Part shown: piece after piece, positions 38,265 through 46,371 of the stretch
Position numbering within the stretch: the first letter of the stretch is position 1
Layout of the letters: every line of letters begins with the position of its first letter
Source of the DNA: Catajapyx aquilonaris
Taxonomy: Eukaryota
DNA: 46,371 bases
Direction of reading: 5' to 3'
NCBI GenBank assembly: GCA_000934665.2
Contig: KZ538816.1
Span: 1 to 46,371 of the forward strand
Position numbers and translations under genes: made by a program
Notes under the pieces: model-generated
Seen by the model: only the letters and a program-made list of their open reading frames with translations
The model's database searches: none
What the model was told of the DNA's origin: nothing

Positions 38265-38387
38265 CTATACATGGATATTGTGTTAAAGGATTTATATCCC
38301 ATCCCAAAGCTGCCCCATATTATACTGTAGATGCAAATATACAAAAATGTTCCAGAATCCGAAATCCAAGCATGTCGGATGAACAAT

Positions 38388-39052
38388 GGGGAACTAGCCT
38401 TGGTCTGGGATTTGGGATTTTTGTTCATAACTAGCTAGCCCATGCCTGTAAACATACATTCCATCACTCTGTTGCATCAAAATGACATTACTGGATAAAT
38501 TACGGCACATTTAAAAGTGCCTTCAAAATTGGCGGGAAAAACGCCGCTGCCAATCGAAAGGGTACACTGAAATGCCTGGTTGACTGCGAGATATGAGGAA
38601 TTTGACTTTGAATGAACCGCGGACACGACGGGAAGCATTCGCAAGGCGGCTGTAGGCCATCGAGGTGGAGAAAAGGGGGCCTTCATGTGCCGAATTCGGG
38701 TGACAGATGATTCCTGCCAGTTGGCACCCCTGCCAGCCCCTTAGCTGATTGAGCGGCGTGAAGTAAAAACGCGCCCCGGCCGCTATCTTGCTCACGGAAT
38801 GGGACGGTTGCTAACAACAGCGAAGCATTTTACAACAATGACGGGGCGCGTTCTATAACACCATTTTTGCGTTCATTTCACTTCGCGTGACGTCAACATT
38901 TTCTAGGGAAACAGTGACGTCACCATTTCCCTACATAAAAACCCCAATTACTCCGGAACGGGAACTGATATCTTAAAACGGAATATGACAAAAAAATCCA
39001 AAAAATATGGGCGAATTTATTATGTAGTTTCCAAAATGAAGGCTAGTTCCCC
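38388..39052. mobile_element. Non-autonomous DNA transposon with AT TSD (ISL2EU/PIF-Harbinger-related)
   Basis: Perfect 14-bp TIR GGGGAACTAGCCTT; AT on both sides (38386-7, 39053-4); removing it restores the host Tigger TIR to exact length, which fixes the TSD at 2 bp. Confidence 0.75.
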
Positions 39053-40405
39053 ATTCTCAACCTGTATCACTACAGGCAACTAGAAAGGATGGGTCTGGTT
39101 GGGGGCGGTGGGGAAAACTGGATTTATCTGCATATAGTTTCACAGGAAAGTGTCCACTCCCGGTCCATGGCGGTAGTATTAAATGAGACATGTCATGCCT
39201 CGCTTCAAGAGCAATCATTTCAGTATCATCACGCTCACATAATGCATATACCGGCATGATTATACGATATAGCCTACTCTTTCAAGTTAAATAATTACAG
39301 TAATTCCATAATAGTCTCTTCAGATCTATATCATGAGACCACAGTCATTGTTTCATATTCGAAATGGGGGAGGCCAACCATTACGCAGGATCACCTCGAC
39401 ATAACAAGTCCCGTGCCTTTTGCGTAGCGATTGAATTTCCGTTCGACTCTCGAGTTCAGAAGAGCCAAAAGTGCCAAGGTTGTTGGAAACATCGGAGCCA
39501 AAAAGCCATCAAAAGTTATCCGCTGGTTATGCAACCCAAGGGCCTGGGACGTATGAGAGGGCTGTGCGTCATCCAGGATGACTGCTCTAAGGACCTTGGG
39601 GAGGGCAGCCGGAGACAGCGGAAATGAAGAGGCGATGGTTCAAGCCAAGAAAAAGAAGAAATTGGGCTTTGCCGGACTGCCCGACGCGGACTACATGAAT
39701 AATAAGCGGGGGACGAGGGAGGTAGGAAAGGAATAAAAGTTGTCGCTGTCCAACTCAAAACCCACATTCCGGACCGAAGTGTCCCTATACCATGGAAAGT
39801 GCTAACAGACCAACCGGAGTCAATGAACCGTCCAAACTGCTGTATTATACTGCAATATTTTACTTCTGTAATTGGGCAATGTAATTAGCGACAATTAATA
39901 TAGTGGCATTTCTCATCACAGTTTTAGTGGTCCCTGATTTTAATTACATGAATGCTAATGGATGTTGTGGGAATCCACTTGCTTGATTAAAGTGCCATAC
40001 CCCTCGTTTTTTTTTTTTTTTTGAGCGAGTGTCATATGTGAAATGATACAATCAACTGGGTCAAGTTTAGCCTCTGCTGCTCAGACCTAATGTGCCCGAA
40101 ACGAGGGGCCAAATAATCCATCTCACGGCGTCAGACCAGTATGTCGCGTAGTACAGACCGGCCTTCCATGACGTGCTCTTACGATACTCCATCACTGTCA
40201 CAAGCATCCTGAAGGGATGCTGGGAGACGTGGGAGGTGGCATAGGAAGGGGGGGGGGGNGTGCACCCCCAAGTATTTTGCTCAAGTGCTCCCTGCCTACA
40301 CGGGTGAACAAGTGTCCATGACGGGAAAGTGTCACATGGTCCCCTAAACTGATGTACTTCCCACGCTCACCGTCACAAAGGTTATTGCACCAAAAGTTTA
40401 CTTAC

Positions 40406-40516
40406 CACAATCAGGATGAAGACTGGGACGATGAAGGATAGAACCATTCCTCGCTCAACGGACATCCAGCAATATCGTCGTGTTTCGTATCCTTGAGGAT
40501 TGACCACGTAACTCAC
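40406..40516 (-). CDS. Adhesion GPCR exon: end of TM4, ECL2, TM5
   Basis: Acceptor tttgcAG, donor GTAAGT, 111 nt, phase 0/0; VSYVVNPQGYETRRYCWMSVERGMVLSFIVPVFILIV has the GY....CW....G....F..P class-B signature and joins VNT of the next exon. Missed by the ORF track. Confidence 0.9.
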
Positions 40517-43007
40517 CTGCAAACACAAAGGGAGAAAAAAATGATGATTTAATACCAGTTATTCTACAACCTAAAGGCTTTACACAACACTGCACGACTT
40601 TCATCTATCCTTTGTCAGTTTAACATCGCTTCGGGCTACTCAGAAAAATGAGAGAGAGAGACTCTGAGTGAACGGAAATAAGTTTCGCTGTCTATAAAGA
40701 CGAATGGAAGGTTTTTGTGAAGGAAGGTACAAAAAAAAAGTTTATTGCAGTTCGGGCCACTGAGCAATTTCTTTACTTGTGTAAATCGTAACGATCACTC
40801 GGGGAGGAGTTGGTTCTGTGCCAACATTACGAAAAATACGCAGCAGTGTCTGTTTTCCTCAGCTTGTTTTCGTCTTTTAGCTTCTAGATTGCTCTTAGAG
40901 TGAGAAGTTTTTTTTTTATCTCGGTTACTGTACCGTGCAATGAACTGAATGTGCCTTTACAATAAATCACTAGAATTCTTCCTTTAGCTGGAATTGGTGG
41001 TTGAATGATCTGAAACAGAAGGTACTGTACAATATGACATAGTTGCTCTGCTTTCCTGCATTGGTATTCCAGAAGGCTTGTACTGTATTCAAGTGAATGC
41101 AGGAGTAGCTCTATAGGTAAATGCCTTCCTTTCTCCTTCCAGTTTTGTTAGGATTGGACAGATGTGAAGCAGGAAGGAAGTGCCGTCCCTTTCCTCCTAG
41201 TCCTTCTAAAGCTCGGATTCACCCCACTGCTTTCCACACTGCCTTTCTCAGGCTCCGACTGACTCATTCATTCATTCATAGCCTCAGCTTGAGGTTTCTC
41301 TTGTGCCTCCTCGCCTTGGACAATGGGGGCGGGCGATCTAGATACCGGCAGCTCGGAAGGATGAATAACCGCAAACATGAGCCAATCATTTTACATCAAT
41401 AATATCCCTCCTGGAGAAGTGACGTGCATCCTAAGCAGCCAGATAATAATTGAACCATGGAATCAGAAAACGGCTTATGTTACATCAAAAATGAATTCCA
41501 TGGTTCAGTACTTAAAATCTGGTCTTAATACCCATCCTTATCCAAACAAGATGGTCATTAGTGTCCATTTCTCCTCGGTTCGTCCCCCATATTTGCTTCA
41601 AGACTCACTTTTCGCACGCAGTAATGCGGTTAGCCCCCTTTGCCTCTCAACTCCACACCTGGCAGGCTGCAGTACCGGAGTAAGTTGTGTGAGATCCCTG
41701 CCTCTTTACACCTGATCCCAAGCAGTGCGCCGACCCTCTCTCCTTAATTAGTTTAGTTGTTAGCCCGCCTCAAGTTTTGTTCCCTCCCAATTCGCGCTTC
41801 CTCGTAGTATGCAATTAATTAACCTTGGCGAGATTCTCCAAACGACAGGCTCAAATCCTCAAGTTGGCAGACAATAAGGACTCCCTGACGTGAATTCGAC
41901 TTCGTTTCTTCTGGAAATTTTACCTCGAATTATAAGCAAATTTCTGAATTTTGTGTCATATGTGGCTCTCCAAATAACAAGACTGGCCGCGTCTAGTCCC
42001 AACCTAAAACCTGCCTTTTGGCTTATTTCCTCCCAATTAGATCCCCGGGTGCCGGAAATGAGGTGGGCAACAAATTACACGTCTTCTCCACACGTGTCAT
42101 CCAATTCCGAGCCGGGCGGATATGAAGCCGGAGAATCCTTGTAATAGGAGCGGAGGTTTCCCCGGTGGCTGGGGTGCAGCAGGAATTGTCCAGGTGATGT
42201 CAATCCGGATTATGTCCGACGTGACGGAACAATGTGCGTTCCGGAGGCACTGGAAATAATCCATGTTTGGATGGGTGGTGCAAGAGCGTGTTGGCGAAGC
42301 TCCAAACGACCGTCCTTAATGAACGTGGGTGGCCAGGGTGCCTTCTGTTCCAATGTGCCCCTGTAGATAAGGCAGAGCTTTCAAAGCCCTGAGGGTACGT
42401 CCTGTCTTTCCAGGGTATGGGTGAGAACGACATCGTCTCAAGTGTCCCCCTTGCTTCTCAACGGCCTTCTCAACTATCAATAGAGGAAGCGCCATCCAGC
42501 CAAATAGCTGGCCGGAACGATGTCAAGAGGTTGCCCCAGAGATCACGACCCTGGGGGTTGTGCCCAAGAACAGAATTTATGGACCCATAAATAAAAAATG
42601 CGGTGCTGAAACAATTGCAGCATTCCAAAGGTCCAAGGCTGCATACTTTGGCCTCAATGTGTTTGCGCAGAGCCCAAGTAATTGCCGGAGTTATGAGTCC
42701 TGCCCGTACTTGGGACTAAATTGATTGCATGGAATAACGTTGAGTTAGTGAAAAACAGGTTCCGGGGAAATTATTTTGGAGCTGTTGGGAGCCGCCAACT
42801 AAAGGTGTATGTTTGGTGAGCTGACACTGTGCTGTAGTACGTGCTAAAATTGTCAAAGAGTGCTCTTTGACTACCGATGCGGAAGGCTACCGGGTCGAGC
42901 ACAATGGAGTAAAACGCTAATACTAGCAGGTAGATGTTACACGACACTCAGTGGGCCTGTTGGTTCACTTTCCACTTTTCCCTATTTTTATTTTTGGGTA
43001 TTAGGTA

Positions 43008-43772
43008 CCGTACTGGAAATAAGGTCATTTTTCAGTTTCTTGCATATTGCCATCATCTGGCAGCTACTTTTAGGCAGTTACCTTTAATAACGGTTAGAGT
43101 ACCTTCTAAAGACGATTGTGTATTAGTTTGTTCACCTACGACTGCCCCTTTGTGGTACCGTATATAATTTTGGTCCCGCGATGTCATCTCAGGAAAAAAT
43201 ATCGGAAGTTGACAATTTGTGTCATCGGCTCTGATGTACATTTGAGAAATGTAACAACACGATATATGCATGGCTAAGTGTAGTTGAAGTGGATGGAACT
43301 CGTAAATAAATAATATGTGATATTCAATTTAGGTTAATTACATACTACAATTTTGTTCAGGCCCGCAATCAAGCCAATTTCTGAACATCACTGTGCAATT
43401 ATAGCTTCGGGTAAATTAACTACTGAATTATGATGTCAATATTGACAATTGATCTATCTGGCCTCAACGTGTGACAATCACCATTCATTTTATGCTGATA
43501 TATTGTAGCAACTTAATACAGAATTAACTTGTACATTGCGCAAATTTACAGCAGTAAATGTTGCTATTACACTCTCAGGTCAGTACATCAGTCAAGAAGT
43601 GTTTGAAGACAACATCTGAAACCTTCACAACAGTTGAAACCTACAAGATTAATTCATGACATAACTAAATATGGACCTTATTATACACTCCCAGTTCCTA
43701 ATTAGGCCAACTTTGTGAACAAAATACTCGAATATTAAAATAATATCCTGGCCTTATTTGGTCCATGTACCG
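43008..43772. mobile_element. Possible decayed pogo-like non-autonomous element
   Basis: TA-CCGTACTGGAAATAAGGTCA vs rc of right end TA-CGGTACATGGACCAAATAAGGCCA; subterminal copy GGACCTTATT near 43674. Confidence 0.4.
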
Positions 43773-45539
43773 TACGTAAACACGCTAAAAGCTACTGTAC
43801 CTTCCTGCAAAGTGAAAAATCGCCATGAGCATTTCTTTGCTTCGTCTCACCAGCAGTGATGTGGGTATGACTTTTTATACAAGCCTTAATTTGCAATGGT
43901 ACGGCTGGCCTCGAGAGGCGCTCCCCCTACTTATACGAGCAAATTATAAAGGATCCTTAATCTGGTTCCTGCTTGCAGCTAGCGCTTTATGGATTTTGAA
44001 CAGCAAAATTCATTTCGGCCTCTTTAATCTTCTTTCTACTCCCTAGCTTGCTAGGAGCCAAGAGTATAAAAAAAGGAGAGAAAAGCGAGAAATTCTCCAA
44101 CGGGCCGAGCGAGAAAGGGAATAAGGTGGTGGAGTAAATGTGAACTGGCCTTTTCTGAGCCAAAGCCTGGACCTTTTTTTTCCAATTTAAAGACCAATAT
44201 GCATGGATATAAATGATATGTCGTTACTCTTCCTCCATTTTGTTCAATAGGCTAATGCGGCCATCTCATAGAGTCACACACTCGAGCCATTCGTTGAAAT
44301 ATTCACAACTGCAACAAGGCTGCTGAAGGGAGTCTCTAGTGTGGGTGAGGGCATAATGATGCAGCGTAAAGGGAAACTTGTTCTGCAGGGGCTCCGAGGT
44401 AAAAGACAGCCATCCGGATGAGCCTGCAGGCAGCTGTCTCCAGGGACGTGAATAAAGAGAGCTGGCGCGGGTTCTGCATGGCTGCTTGCCTTGTCAGACT
44501 GAATATGGAGCAGCACAGAAAACGCCCAATATGCAGACACTTGAGGCGCCAGGATGCTCTTTCCTTGCTTTAGGACCCATTACGTGCATGCATTTTTTTT
44601 TCGCTCAAGAATACTTCAAAGATGTGGACCTGACCGTTTGAAGCTCAAAGCTTCTTAAGGTTCATTAGGAATATATAATGGGGAGGGTAGCGAACTTTTT
44701 ACAATGTGAATATTTTCCATTAGAGACCCACAACGTGGCTCATACAATTTTATCAACGTTGTTTTAAAACGCAACGTGCATGCTGCGCTTCGCACACGTA
44801 ATGCAAAACAAACATTAGCATTCATGGCATGTTGGTTTTAATCAGGAATCAAATGCACCATATTTGAATGGAATCAATTGTGATTACAACTGCTGTTGAC
44901 TTAGCAGCATAGGGGGAACAAATGTGCGTGTCGAAGGTAAGTTGGAAATGCTGGCAGTTCATTGCACCTTGAATCTAATTAATGCCTGCTTTAAACAGTG
45001 GTGAAGATTATGGGAGATGTCGAAATAGTCAGGTACATAATTGGCCAAAATTGCATCCTGAAACAATTCACTTTAATGTGGCTGGTGTACGTGTATTTAG
45101 TGACATTAAATTGCCATATCAACGAAGGTTAGGAATAGGATCAGGATAATACCAGTATGAGGTTACCCGCATTCAGATTTGGGTTATCCGTTTTTATGCG
45201 ACCTGAAATATCCCTTTTGACACGAATCCGATTAATGAGGGCCCTAATTTTAGTACTTTTAATTTTCATCATAGGATGAAAAATTTTATCTTTCCAATCC
45301 TGTACTCAGATTACCATTTTATGCCTTATATAGCTTATACACTATTTCACTCATTATTAGGATACGTTAAGATATTAATTCCTCAGTTGTAATAACTGGA
45401 GAAGTTCGGTTCTAAAAATAACTGTTATAATAAAATCCAGCATGAGATCAGTTATAATCATTCACATGTGGAATAATATAATATTATTAATCCAGGAAAG
45501 GGTTTTTATATACAGTATAGAAAACAACAAAATAATATA

Positions 45540-46172
45540 TAGTAAAACTTCTATAAGTCGACACTCCATGGGACCGGAAAAAAACTTCGAGTTATAGAAG
45601 ATTCGAGTTAGAGAAGTTTGGAGTTTTTTAAGCACATAACTCTATAAGGAAGCCTACCTGCATACCCAGCGACGAAAGGTGTTCATATCTTAAAAATAAC
45701 TATCAGTCTATCACTATCACACTTACAATGTTCCTCGTTGTTTTGTTGTACAAAAATCTCCGTTATGGTCATTTGCCTACTCTTAGATTCAAGGATTCAA
45801 TTGTCACAATCGAGTCAAGTACTTCTTTGGTTACATCTGGTAGACGGAGATCAGGAAATTGAGCCTTTCTGTGCATGTGGCCTACTCTCGACCCTTCGGC
45901 TGGGAAATGAGAAAATTTTCCGTACTCGCCAACATGAACTTCGACTTAGGGAGACTGAAAATGCATTGATATCCCATCGTAAGGCCTTGCCTGCACTTCG
46001 AGTTATGGTCTTAAGGAGAACTTCGAGTTGTAGAAATTCCAGTTAGGCCGGAAGTTTATTTCCTATTCTTTTAAATTGTGACCAACCAAGCTCATCATTT
46101 TCTTCGACTTATAGAGAACTTCGACTTAGGGAAGTTTGACTTATGGAAGTTCGACTTATAGAAGTTTTACTG
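45540..46172. mobile_element. pogo/Tigger-type MITE with subterminal TTCGA(C/G)TTA repeats
   Basis: TIR (T/C)AGTAAAACTTCTATAAGTCGA / TCGACTTATAGAAGTTTTACTG; motif TTCGASTTA recurs many times internally. Confidence 0.85.
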
Positions 46173-46371
46173 CAGGGTGTTCCAGATTCGTGGGTCATTT
46201 TTGATAACTGATATCGCCCGATAGCAGTTAATATTTTGTAGCTTGTTGTGCCCCTAACCATGTGCCCCATTATACAGGGTGTTTCAGAGTCACGGGTCAA
46301 GCGCGCGCGAAGGGGTAGTGAAAAATCGTAGGTGGCCACAACCCCGGTCGGTTTTATAAAACAATTAGAAA
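46173..46371. mobile_element. Left end(s) of further CAGGGTG-type MITE(s) running off the window
   Basis: CAGGGTGTTCCAGATTCGTGGGTCA at 46173 and related TA-CAGGGTGTTTCAGAGTCACGGGTCA at 46275. Confidence 0.5.

Larger units (their letters stand above)
34994..39064 (+). mobile_element. Tigger4/Zombi-like non-autonomous pogo element with ~2.4 kb cargo and two nested insertions
   Basis: Left TA-CAGAGTAAGAATTGTTTATCCG. Right end rebuilt by removing 38388-39052 plus one AT: CGGATGAACAATTCTCAACCTG-TA, same length and 18/22 complementary. Subterminal sequence (CTCCAAAATCCGAA..TTTTTGAG..ATGACGCTCA; AAAATTATT..TCAGG..TCCCATCCCAAAG..ATGCAAATAT..AATCCGAAATCC) resembles Tigger4 as recalled. Confidence 0.72.

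Noticed and set aside
45585..46165. Dispersed TTCGASTTA repeats as a CRISPR-like array
   Set aside because: Short, irregularly spaced subterminal repeats of a Tigger-type MITE; eukaryotic context, no cas genes.
40517..46371. Further upstream GPCR exons (TM1-TM4, GAIN)
   Set aside because: No matching spliceable hydrophobic exon recognised on the minus strand.

Overview
Eukaryotic genomic DNA, probably arthropod (inferred from the proteins and TE types). Two convergent host genes: (1) the last three coding exons of a flavin reductase/biliverdin reductase B gene on + (3889-4137, 5541-5672, 5732-5883; first exon not found in the window); (2) the last three coding exons of an adhesion (class B2) GPCR on - (40516-40406, 11332-11117, 9245-8886), with a ~29-kb intron filling most of the window. 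That intron holds four decayed tRNA-like genes (two form an inverted duplication around a Tc1 relic) and many Tc1/mariner/pogo MITEs. Most notable is a nested structure at 34994-39064: matching ends of a Tigger4/Zombi-like pogo element enclose an intact, apparently spliced 268-aa orphan ORF with an (AE[K/E]P)14 tail, i.e. a candidate Pack-TIR carrying a gene. It was later hit by a young palindromic MITE and by an AT-TSD (ISL2EU-like) element that split its right TIR. Family assignments come from recalled motifs, not database searches.
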